Assembly: GCA_016217965.1 (NCBI GenBank)
Contig: JACRFI010000016.1
Span: 65,837-129,836, forward strand
DNA from: Candidatus Kaiserbacteria bacterium
GTDB lineage: Bacteria; Patescibacteriota; Minisyncoccia; Phycocordibacterales; UBA2100
Length of the DNA: 64,000 nucleotides
Direction: 5' to 3'
The translations under genes and the position numbers were made by a program. This document shows positions 1 to 7,937 of the stretch, piece after piece. How positions within the stretch are numbered: the stretch's first letter is position 1; every line of letters starts with the position of its first letter. The notes under the pieces are model-generated. The model ran no database searches. It was not told the DNA's origin and saw only the letters and a program-made list of their open reading frames with translations.

Positions 1-1
1 T

Positions 2-898
2 GCACTTCTTGACCAGTCATTTCCTACCGAGAGATATGAGATTATCCTCCCAGATGTCTCAGGCAACCAGATGAGCGCCGCGCTCTCGGAGATGCCGGCA
101 ATGAAATCGGAGCGCCCGTCTGTTGTGCCGGGAAGGGGTGGTAATTTCAGTGAACGCATAGAGCGAGCACTGTCCATCGTCCGCGGGCAATATGTCTGCT
201 TTACTATTTCCGATTGTATTGTTCCGCACGATTGGCTTCTTTCTTTTCTTGCAGCATACAAACGGTATCCAGGCGCTGGTGGTGTTGGCGGGTATGTTCG
301 CGTCAGTCCTGAACACTACACGATATACGACGAGTTGCAGCACTATGAGTTGGCGCAGCGTTTAGGCGTGGAGCGAGAAAAGAAGTTTCTAACAAGAATA
401 TACGAGGTTTGTAATCAGGCATTTTACCAGAATCCGACAGGTGATCTCGCAAATATTTCGTACTTGAAAGAAGTAATCCCAACCGATCTTGCAGGAGCGA
501 GGAATATTTATGATCTGGAACTGCATCTTAAGATAAGCGCGATGCGAGAAAGGCCTCTAGTTTTTATTCCGAAGGCCGTGGCTCGCGATACACCATTGTC
601 CGCGAGCGAATTTCTTCGCATTGAGTTCGAGCGCGGTTTTTTGAACCGCCTAGCGCGCGAATCAATCTATGCGCTCGGGAAGTATCGTCGCCAAACACTC
701 ATGGCAGCACTTGCACAAGCGGTGCGCACGACGCTTCGATACAGAGATATGCGCTACGGGGCTCTGAGCTTTCTAGCGAGTATTGCGCGTTGGGTGGGGA
801 ATATCGGGGCGTCACACGTACGTCTGCGCCAGAGAGCACTGCGTGAATATCTTGATCGACGCCGAGAGTACGTCGTGCCAAACAGTGTGATAAAATAA
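2..898 (+). CDS. Glycosyltransferase family 2-like protein, 5'-truncated by window; DXD motif degenerate
   Basis: Frame is open from position 2 (ALLDQSFPTERYEIIL...). VCFTISDCIVPHDWL matches the GT2 FxDxDC..P.DWL region but reads ISD. Confidence 0.7.
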   Translation, partial: ALLDQSFPTERYEIILPDVSGNQMSAALSEMPAMKSERPSVVPGRGGNFSERIERALSIVRGQYVCFTISDCIVPHDWLLSFLAAYKRYPGAGGVGGYVRVSPEHYTIYDELQHYELAQRLGVEREKKFLTRIYEVCNQAFYQNPTGDLANISYLKEVIPTDLAGARNIYDLELHLKISAMRERPLVFIPKAVARDTPLSASEFLRIEFERGFLNRLARESIYALGKYRRQTLMAALAQAVRTTLRYRDMRYGALSFLASIARWVGNIGASHVRLRQRALREYLDRRREYVVPNSVIK

Positions 899-913
899 GA
901 GTTAGTCAAATAC

Positions 914-942
914 TTGACATATATCGCTGTGTGGGGTATTAT
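914..942 (+). promoter_or_regulatory. Sigma70-type promoter TTGACA-17-TATTAT, with palindrome GTCAA-atac-TTGAC over the -35
   Basis: TTGACA 914-919, TATTAT 937-942. Confidence 0.7.
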
Positions 943-1074
943 GCGAACGATAAAGATAATCTCCACGTTGGTTGCGAGACATTCGTACAGACTTCATGGG
1001 GTGTGTCTGGATGCCTCGTAACCGTACGGGTGTCAGGTGACACTCGGCGAGAAGTACGGGGGGAGGTTATCGGT

Positions 1075-1338
1075 GTGAACCGATTTACCAAGACTGCCTA
1101 CTCAGCGGGGTTTTCGTTGGGCGTTCTGGCGGGGGCCGTAACCTTGCCGTCTACTCCAGCGGAGGCGCGGTGCTGCGGAAGCACATGCCAGCAAAAGTGT
1201 AAGGATACCCATCACATTGGGGGCCATACACTCCAGGGTTGCTACAACTACTGGGGCGGGCTGTGCAAGAAGCCAGCCGCGAGCAAGCAGGCAGTAGGCT
1301 CTCGCGCTCTGAAGCCGGGCACGAGCAAGGCACGGTAA
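1075..1338 (+). CDS. Secreted cysteine-rich peptide (87 aa; signal peptide ending AEA, then 6 Cys)
   Basis: GGAGG SD before GTG 1075; MNRFTKTAYSAGFSLGVLAGAVTLPSTPAEA|RCCGSTCQQKCKD...GCYNYWGGLCKK; has its own promoter and terminator. Confidence 0.7.
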   Translation: MNRFTKTAYSAGFSLGVLAGAVTLPSTPAEARCCGSTCQQKCKDTHHIGGHTLQGCYNYWGGLCKKPAASKQAVGSRALKPGTSKAR

Positions 1339-1346
1339 CGCGTGCT

Positions 1347-1375
1347 GAGGGGGCTCGGTCCAACCGGGCCTCTTC
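1347..1375 (+). terminator. Probable intrinsic terminator hairpin
   Basis: gagggggctcggt-cca-accgggcctcttc followed by gattttt, between convergent genes. Confidence 0.55.
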
Positions 1376-1392
1376 GATTTTGGAAAAGCGCC

Positions 1393-2100
1393 CTATTTTA
1401 AGAATCTGTTTCCCAACACTATTACCGACACAGGTTGTTCCATCGCACTATCAACATCAAGAAGAGTGATGATCACATCATCGTTGAGAGCGCCAAGTGG
1501 GCATGTCGCTAGTGAGAGCGCTTCGCTGACAATTAGGATGTTTTGAGAGAGATGGCCGGCTTCTAGCAGTGAAAGCACATACGCAAAATCTCGATATTTT
1601 TGCGCGCTGCGATCCCATGCTGCGGTACATACAATGACTGCGGTTGGCGATGCATCGCCATTGATTTTCACGTATGAAGAAGGAGAGGCGTCATCCGGGA
1701 GTTTCCAAAGTTGACGCAATACGTGGGTGTCAGGCTCATAATGGAGCAGTATACGTTCACAATTCTCGACAGTGAAGGAGATTACATATATTTCAATAGG
1801 ATACAGACCACCCCCTGAAGGATATGGTCGTCTACCCGATCCACTTTTGTGGGCTGCATAGTAAAGGAGGGAAGATAATGCGCTGAGAGAAACAGGCGTT
1901 CCGCTAAATTCTTTGCGTGACTTGCGCTGCTCTAATGCCTCTGCAAGTGATAGCTTCAGGGGCAACGGCTCTGGCAACGGCACAACCTCCATTCGTTCAT
2001 ATCGTTTCGGTCCGTTAGTGGCGTTAGGTGGTTGAGTGAGCCGATGCTGGTTCTTTCGTATGTACTCGTGAATGCTTGGGATAAAATCGTCCATACACAT
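1393..2100 (-). CDS. SagB/ThcOx-type FMN-dependent azoline dehydrogenase (nitroreductase fold)
   Basis: RKSRKEFS, RPYPSGGGLYPIEIY, Lys-Tyr motif (QKYRDFAY), LEAGHLSQN; ATG overlaps the YcaO stop (alternative start 2094). Confidence 0.9.
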   Translation of the reverse strand: MCMDDFIPSIHEYIRKNQHRLTQPPNATNGPKRYERMEVVPLPEPLPLKLSLAEALEQRKSRKEFSGTPVSLSALSSLLYYAAHKSGSGRRPYPSGGGLYPIEIYVISFTVENCERILLHYEPDTHVLRQLWKLPDDASPSSYVKINGDASPTAVIVCTAAWDRSAQKYRDFAYVLSLLEAGHLSQNILIVSEALSLATCPLGALNDDVIITLLDVDSAMEQPVSVIVLGNRFLK

Positions 2101-3521
2101 CAAACGAATGGATGGGGCACGTCGGCGAACACTTCCGAACGCGCGAGATATCCAAATTGCTTCGGTATGCTATGCAAACGTTCTCCCCCTTCGCAGCGAT
2201 TTTTTTCATTGAGATAGAGAGGTTGCAATTCAGGTATGACGGCAAATACGACATAGAATCCGAGGACATTCTTTTTGGAAACCCCTAGGTCTACATACAG
2301 GCATTCATATCCTGTTCTCTGGCACCATTTTGTGATTCGCTCCAGATGTTCTGGCGCTACGTCATTTTCCCACTCTGCGTTCTCAAGCGGGGCCTCCCTT
2401 CCGCTTGTGAGGAAATCCATCATATGCGCCTTCGCAGGATCAGCCCAGTAGATATGCCTATCAGTAAATGTAATATTTTTTTCATCCCGAAGCGTTGCAT
2501 GGTTTCTGACGAGATCCCGAGCATTCTTTCGTGCACGCAGCGCTTCAAGGAGCGCTTTTTCTGCCGCATGCGAGGCAGATGCATGTGCGCTGGTCCCAAC
2601 CGAAAAAGGCGGGAGATTTGCAGAATCGCGCACAACCACCATTATGACGTGGGCAGGCGCATCCGTAATGAGACGGACGAAATGCACGCGTAAATTGTAA
2701 CGGTCGCATCTTGCTAGAAGCTCATGCAATGCAGAGTTGTTTTCTGCGATGGACGCTCTCGCTACTTGGGGAAGCGAAAGTCTATTCAGCCACATGATCA
2801 TAAACGCATCCCGCTCGATGGCTTCGAGCAGTCCCGAAAGTATCGCCTGCGTCTTATCAGGATGTGTCGCGACACCCGTCGTTATCGGCTCTCTCAGCAT
2901 AGGCTCCTTCCGATCTCGCATTGCATCGTGGGCATGGACCCGACTCACGATTTGTGCGGGTAGTAGCAGCGATTTTTTTTGCACGAGCGAGCGTCCTTTT
3001 GTCCATAGAAACTGTGTAGCCTTAGTAACGGACAGTCTCGGCACGGCGTTACGTTGGGTATTTGAGTAGCCTGCAAAGCGTAACGGATCAATAGCTTTTC
3101 CACCCCCGAGTTGATCGAATGTTGAACAAGCCGTCCCCCGGAAGTAATCGTGCTCGTGTCTCCATATATGGCGCTCCTGCGCTTCCGAGACGGCAGCTCG
3201 TAATGCCTCTTTGTCGCTCCTGACAGAGAGACCGCCCGCCTTTTCACCGCCCATATCCACCCACCAGGACCGCATAGGTGGCTCATCGGGGAAAGCATGA
3301 GCGGTCCCAAAGGCGGTTGCAATGTTCGCATCGGCAAGTTTCCGATAGTTGCGCAGCACGTCTTTTAGGTCAGGTCGCGACAATCCGTTTCTTCTGGCAT
3401 CTTTAACTGCTGAGAGGCCAGCTGCAGCCGCGATGTGAGTTGCAAACAAGCGGACGCCTCTTTCCGAAATCGTCCATTCTTCATCGTGTTTCGTAGCCGT
3501 CGGGATCAAAAAATAGCCCAT
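2100..3521 (-). CDS. YcaO-family cyclodehydratase (azoline-forming type)
   Basis: A.SEA.ER, ITTGVATH...GLLEAIERDAFM, AEKALLEA, C-terminal PHPF (PxP) motif. Confidence 0.92.
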   Translation of the reverse strand: MGYFLIPTATKHDEEWTISERGVRLFATHIAAAAGLSAVKDARRNGLSRPDLKDVLRNYRKLADANIATAFGTAHAFPDEPPMRSWWVDMGGEKAGGLSVRSDKEALRAAVSEAQERHIWRHEHDYFRGTACSTFDQLGGGKAIDPLRFAGYSNTQRNAVPRLSVTKATQFLWTKGRSLVQKKSLLLPAQIVSRVHAHDAMRDRKEPMLREPITTGVATHPDKTQAILSGLLEAIERDAFMIMWLNRLSLPQVARASIAENNSALHELLARCDRYNLRVHFVRLITDAPAHVIMVVVRDSANLPPFSVGTSAHASASHAAEKALLEALRARKNARDLVRNHATLRDEKNITFTDRHIYWADPAKAHMMDFLTSGREAPLENAEWENDVAPEHLERITKWCQRTGYECLYVDLGVSKKNVLGFYVVFAVIPELQPLYLNEKNRCEGGERLHSIPKQFGYLARSEVFADVPHPFV

Positions 3522-3617
3522 GCACGCATACTATCACGCAGGGTATGAGGGTTATGCACATGACCCTATTAGACACTATGCGAGCGCGCAATTATCATTT
3601 GCAGTATGGTAGTAAAG

Positions 3618-3992
3618 ATGCGCGGGCATACCCTTCGAGGGATTGGTTTTGTTCGAACGGTCGGATTGTTTTTACTTGGCGCTTTTGTCGTTTTTCTCGC
3701 AATAGTATTTCCAAGGTGGTTTGGTGCTGGGTCTACACACGGTCTTTCGGGTACTGGTATCGCGCTTGCCGATGCACCGAGTTGCTCTGGCGGCGGAGGT
3801 TGCGGGGGAGACGGCAACTGCAGCGGTTGTAGTACTTGCAGCGGTTGCACTGGAGATAGCTGCGGCAATGGCTGCGGTGGTGATGGATGTAGTTGTAGTG
3901 GCGATTGTGGTTGTGGCAATGGTAACGGAGGTGGCGATGGTGATGGTGGGGACGGAGGAGGAGGAGGAGATTCTTCGGCTTGTGGAAGCTGA
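3618..3992 (+). CDS. Putative RiPP precursor: N-terminal hydrophobic segment plus 73-aa Gly/Cys/Ser/Asp core
   Basis: Divergent from YcaO; TATGGT-7nt-ATG start; core DAPSCSGGGGCGGDGNCSGCSTCSGC...SSACGS has 13 Cys, 11 Ser, 31 Gly. Confidence 0.8.
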   Translation: MRGHTLRGIGFVRTVGLFLLGAFVVFLAIVFPRWFGAGSTHGLSGTGIALADAPSCSGGGGCGGDGNCSGCSTCSGCTGDSCGNGCGGDGCSCSGDCGCGNGNGGGDGDGGDGGGGGDSSACGS

Positions 3993-4010
3993 TGCAAAAA
4001 AATAGCGAAC

Positions 4011-5147
4011 ATGCTCTCAAACAGCAATTTGCGTACGTTTCTTGTTGCAATGGTCGTGAGTGTAATGGCGATTCTGGGAATTTTTTACTGGTGGCTTGGT
4101 ATTAAAGTAAACAATGATGCAGCTCAAGAAGTCAACCTTGTTATCGAAGGCGTACGACCAATAAGTATTTACAACCACACAGGGGACAACGCATATATCG
4201 TTAATGACCTTTCTGCAGCAGTGATTTCCGTTTTGGAATACTATGGTGCAAATTTGTCGCAAAGCAATCTCAAAAAGATAAATGGCAGATTTTGGGACGA
4301 CAGTAATCCAAGCGCTTTGCACCAGCTGGAAGACGTCAAGCTTCTCACGGAAGAACTTGGCTACAGTGCAACGATTGAAGTCGCGGAATCCATCGCAGAT
4401 TTCAAGAAATATTTCTCAGGTATACCAACACCTGTCATTTTCTCGCATTTCATTGAGATCGACCAAAATCCGGAGATTCAATTCAAGCCTATGGGAGTTC
4501 TCATCGGCATGTTGGATAGTGAGCAATCTGTCATTATTCACGACTATTATTTTGGCTACAACAAGAAACTCTCGTATTGGCAATTTGCGAGGCTTGGTGC
4601 ATACCCTGCGCAAGTTTTGGTGATTAAGCCGAAAATCCCGAGGGTCGGTGCACCTGATGCAAGCGAGGAATACGTGCGAACGGAATCGATGGATAAGGCA
4701 GAACCGATCATAAATAAGATAACACTTGGGCGTGTAGCACAGGCGCAGCAAAAATATAGGATCGCCGCAAGTTACTATAGCGCTGCGTTAAAGCACCCCG
4801 ACCGGGATATAGTACCTCCGTATTACAAAGTAGTCGCGCTCAACGGCGGTGTTGGCAGTTATATACGGCTCGATGGTGATTATGATTCAGCATACGAGCT
4901 CGCGAAATTGGGGGAGGAGTTCAATCAAAATCTAGACGAGCCCTATGGGGATTATTGGCCGGGATTTGTCGACGGCACTAACCTCATTACAGATCAGTTC
5001 GCCGGTATATACTACTGGCTCGGTAGGATATATGAACACAAGGGTGATGTAGCGCAGGCTAAGGCGAATTACGAACACGCGCTTGAAATATATCCATATG
5101 GACCGTCTATTGATGCGCTTGAACGCATCAAAACTGAGAGCGAGTGA
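4011..5147 (+). CDS. Membrane-anchored C39-peptidase-like domain (catalytic residues lost) plus TPR repeats
   Basis: N-terminal TM; SAAVISVLEYYG and GVLIG...VIIHD..GY...SY.QF resemble the C39 fold; TPR IYYWLGRIYEHKGDVAQAKANYEHALEIYP. Confidence 0.65.
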   Translation: MLSNSNLRTFLVAMVVSVMAILGIFYWWLGIKVNNDAAQEVNLVIEGVRPISIYNHTGDNAYIVNDLSAAVISVLEYYGANLSQSNLKKINGRFWDDSNPSALHQLEDVKLLTEELGYSATIEVAESIADFKKYFSGIPTPVIFSHFIEIDQNPEIQFKPMGVLIGMLDSEQSVIIHDYYFGYNKKLSYWQFARLGAYPAQVLVIKPKIPRVGAPDASEEYVRTESMDKAEPIINKITLGRVAQAQQKYRIAASYYSAALKHPDRDIVPPYYKVVALNGGVGSYIRLDGDYDSAYELAKLGEEFNQNLDEPYGDYWPGFVDGTNLITDQFAGIYYWLGRIYEHKGDVAQAKANYEHALEIYPYGPSIDALERIKTESE

Positions 5148-5941
5148 TGTTTACAAATCGAAGAGTGTTTGTCGTAGGAAGTTTCTCGTTATTTCTTTTG
5201 GCAGCGTTGCTGGGTAGGCAACAAGTACAAGCCATCGGCGAGACCGCATTATTCCTCGTTTCTCCGACGGCAGAGCGTGCGTATGAGTATGGTGCGCGGC
5301 ATTTTGATGCAATTCATGCACGGGATTACGACATGGATCGCGCTGTATTTTTTTTCAAGGAGGCCGAGAAAATCGATGCCGATTATCCGTATCTCCAACA
5401 TCAGCTCGCAAGAATTTCGTTTCTAAAAGGAGATTTTGCAAATGCTCTCCGCCGAATTGATCGTGAAATAGAGAATAATCCATCCCCCTCGCTGTCTTCC
5501 TTTTATGTACGAGGACTTGTGAAAGGATTCGCCGGCGATTACCTTGGTGCGATACCTGATTATCAGAAGTTCCTGGAATCTGAACCCGCGAATTGGGCTG
5601 CTTCCAATGATCTCGCGTGGGTATATTTGAAGGCGAATCGTCCGAGTGAAGCGCTTGTGGCGATTGACGCAGCGTTATCAGCGAACATAGGTAATCCATG
5701 GCTCCTCAACAGCAGGGCGACGGCGCTGTTCGAACTGGGCCGCCTTGAAGAAGCGCGTGATGCAGCCCGGCTTTCCTTGTATGCGGTCAAGGGAATAACA
5801 AAAGAAGACTGGCTCAAAGCATACCCCGGCAATGATCCTCTTATCGCGCCAGAAGGCATGCATGCGTTCCAATCGGCTGTTCTTGCGAATATGCACAGTA
5901 TTCTTATTGCGATGGAGAAGGAGCAGAAAGGTGTGAGATAA
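5144..5941 (+). CDS. TPR-repeat protein with N-terminal signal/TM
   Basis: Repeated TPR helices (LARISFLKGDFANAL, YVRGLVKGFAGDYLGAIPDYQKFL, NSRATALFELGRLEEA). Confidence 0.85.
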   Translation: MMFTNRRVFVVGSFSLFLLAALLGRQQVQAIGETALFLVSPTAERAYEYGARHFDAIHARDYDMDRAVFFFKEAEKIDADYPYLQHQLARISFLKGDFANALRRIDREIENNPSPSLSSFYVRGLVKGFAGDYLGAIPDYQKFLESEPANWAASNDLAWVYLKANRPSEALVAIDAALSANIGNPWLLNSRATALFELGRLEEARDAARLSLYAVKGITKEDWLKAYPGNDPLIAPEGMHAFQSAVLANMHSILIAMEKEQKGVR

Positions 5942-5953
5942 TCCTCTTATCTT

Positions 5954-6646
5954 ATGGCTCATAACGAGGGACAGCGTCGTTGGCGGCTATTTTCAGCTCG
6001 AGAGATATTGCTTTTGGGAGCATTCGTTATTGTGCTTGCCGCCGCATATCAGTTTGACGGAGCGAGGCTTCCTATCACGTCAGCGGAAACGCAATTTGTG
6101 GAGCGTTCGGCATCTGGCCTGCAGATTGTGCCAGCCTCGTGTCCCTCGAACCCGCATGGCGGGCAATCATGCTATTCGCAAAGTTATTATCAAGGCTACT
6201 ACCAATCGTATTATCAAGGCTACTACCAATCTTCATACTGCACGACGCAGTATCAGTGCTCGGGCGATTCGAAGCGCGTCATCGACAGCTGTAATCCTGC
6301 GGGGACGATACTAACCTGCTCTTCGTCGCAGACATGTGTCAACGCGAGCTGCGTATCCATAGATGCTTCTCTCACGGTTGTTCCCAACCTGCTCCGTTCG
6401 GGAGAAACGACCCAGGTAACGTGGAAAGGCACGAATGTGTCGTCGTGCACGGTCACCGAAGATAACCCAGGATTCACGGATTCGTGGAGCTGTAACTCTG
6501 TTGCCTCGTGCACCGCAAACCATACAAATACATCGAGTCCCATCGACGCGGAGACAAAATACACGTTGACGTGTACCGCGCCTAGTGGCTCAACAATCAT
6601 AAAGACAGCGACTGTTCGCATCATCCCGGTGTGGATCGAGGAATGA
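5954..6646 (+). CDS. Membrane-anchored Cys-rich surface protein with YYQG/YYQS repeat and Ig-like C-terminus
   Basis: TM; CYSQSYYQGYYQSYYQGYYQSSYC; VTW..TNVSSCTV and YTLTCT beta-sandwich motifs. Confidence 0.75.
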   Translation: MAHNEGQRRWRLFSAREILLLGAFVIVLAAAYQFDGARLPITSAETQFVERSASGLQIVPASCPSNPHGGQSCYSQSYYQGYYQSYYQGYYQSSYCTTQYQCSGDSKRVIDSCNPAGTILTCSSSQTCVNASCVSIDASLTVVPNLLRSGETTQVTWKGTNVSSCTVTEDNPGFTDSWSCNSVASCTANHTNTSSPIDAETKYTLTCTAPSGSTIIKTATVRIIPVWIEE

Positions 6647-6662
6647 TGGTACACTGATTTAC

Positions 6663-7076
6663 ATGAAAGCTATCGCTGTCGCATATCTCGGAATATTCAT
6701 TGCCTTCACAGCGATGCCGGCCGTTACATCCGCGCAGGAGATGTATCAGGACGATTCATCAGTTCTTCGCTCTGAAATACGTCTCGCGCTTCTTGCAGAC
6801 GCCCGTTCCAGCGAACTTACCGATGAGGAAGTTGCAATGCTCGTTGAGTCACTTGCGGGGGAGGCGGAGGCACAGGGAATAGCGCAAGAATTTCTGCCCG
6901 AGCGGGCACAAACCATGCGGGCAGACGCAATTGCTAATTGGTGGGAAAACCTCTCGGAGCCTATGCTTTACGGGATAGTGCTCGTTGCGCTCGCGCTCGC
7001 GATGGTCCTCATGAAGCGCATCATTGATTCGCACCACCACGCTGCCCGCCCGCCGGATACGCCCGCAGCTGTGTAG
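6663..7076 (+). CDS. Hypothetical membrane protein (signal peptide plus C-terminal TM)
   Basis: TACACT-7nt-ATG; two hydrophobic segments. Confidence 0.75.
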   Translation: MKAIAVAYLGIFIAFTAMPAVTSAQEMYQDDSSVLRSEIRLALLADARSSELTDEEVAMLVESLAGEAEAQGIAQEFLPERAQTMRADAIANWWENLSEPMLYGIVLVALALAMVLMKRIIDSHHHAARPPDTPAAV

Positions 7077-7194
7077 TTGCGTATTGGAACCCTCTCCTAT
7101 ATAGTACTCGCACCTCGAAAGAGGCATCCCAAGTCCCCATACGGGACCACTGGCTCGGAAATAGGTCCGCGCTAGCTGCGCGGATAAACTATAT
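7077..7194 (+). promoter_or_regulatory. Promoter (TTGCGT-17-TATAGT) and structured leader of the ribosomal cluster
   Basis: -35 at 7077-82, -10 at 7100-05; hairpins cctc-gaaa-gagg, gtccc..gggac, tccgcgc..gcgcgga. Confidence 0.55.
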
Positions 7195-7803
7195 ATGGCA
7201 ACAAAGTTCATGCTCGGCACAAAAGGCCGAATGACACAGGTTTTCGATGAGAGCGGCGCAGTCCATGCGGCGACCATCATTACTGCCGGACCCCTCACTA
7301 TTACCCAGGCAAAGACCGCAGAAAAAGACGGATACGAGGCGTCGCAGGTCGGTTTCGGCGAACGAAAAGAAAAGAATCTTTCAAAAGCAGTGAAAGGGCA
7401 TTTCAAGGAGCTCGGTAATTTCCGATATGCTAAGGAATTCCCCATCTCTGGTGAAAGGGGAACAAAGATTGACGTGTCCGTGTTCGTGCCGGGGGATGCT
7501 GTCACAGTCTCTGCCATCTCGAAGGGCAAAGGGTTTCAGGGCGTGGTGAAGCGCCACGGATTCCACGGAGGCCCGAGGAGCCATGGCCAGAAGAACAAGG
7601 AGAGGGCGCCGGGTTCTATCGGCGGCGGAGGCCGTGCGGGCGGACGAGTCGTCAAGGGAATGCGCATGGCAGGAAGGATGGGGGGAGAGCGCGTAACGGT
7701 GCGGAACCTTCGCGTCTTGCAAGTGGACACGAGTTCGAATACGCTCGTCATTTCCGGCGCAGTACCGGGAAAGCCGGGAACGCTTGTCGAAATACGCGGT
7801 TAA
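7195..7803 (+). CDS. rplC: 50S ribosomal protein L3
   Basis: GTKGRMTQVF, SKGKGFQGVVKRH, RMAGRMG. Confidence 0.98.
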   Translation: MATKFMLGTKGRMTQVFDESGAVHAATIITAGPLTITQAKTAEKDGYEASQVGFGERKEKNLSKAVKGHFKELGNFRYAKEFPISGERGTKIDVSVFVPGDAVTVSAISKGKGFQGVVKRHGFHGGPRSHGQKNKERAPGSIGGGGRAGGRVVKGMRMAGRMGGERVTVRNLRVLQVDTSSNTLVISGAVPGKPGTLVEIRG

Positions 7804-7930
7804 ATTCGAAATCCGAATATCGAAATCTGAAAAAATATGAAATCAAAAATTAAAAATCAGAAAAGTTTGAAGTTTAGAATTTTTCCAAGTTGTGCTTTTT
7901 CGAATTTCGTGCTTCGTGCTTCGAATTTTT
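7803..7930. repeat. 7-nt-period degenerate repeats forming an inverted pair
   Basis: ttcgaaa-tccgaat-atcgaaa ... ttcgaat-ttcgtgc-ttcgtgc-ttcgaat. Confidence 0.75.
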
Positions 7931-7937
7931 AAAACAT

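Noticed and set aside
931-1074. N-terminal 48 codons of the 135-aa ORF
   Set aside because: They overlap the promoter and structured leader; the SD and signal peptide support GTG 1075.
3569-4027. Pro/Gln-rich 152-aa minus-strand ORF
   Set aside because: Antisense shadow of the Gly/Cys-rich precursor codons.
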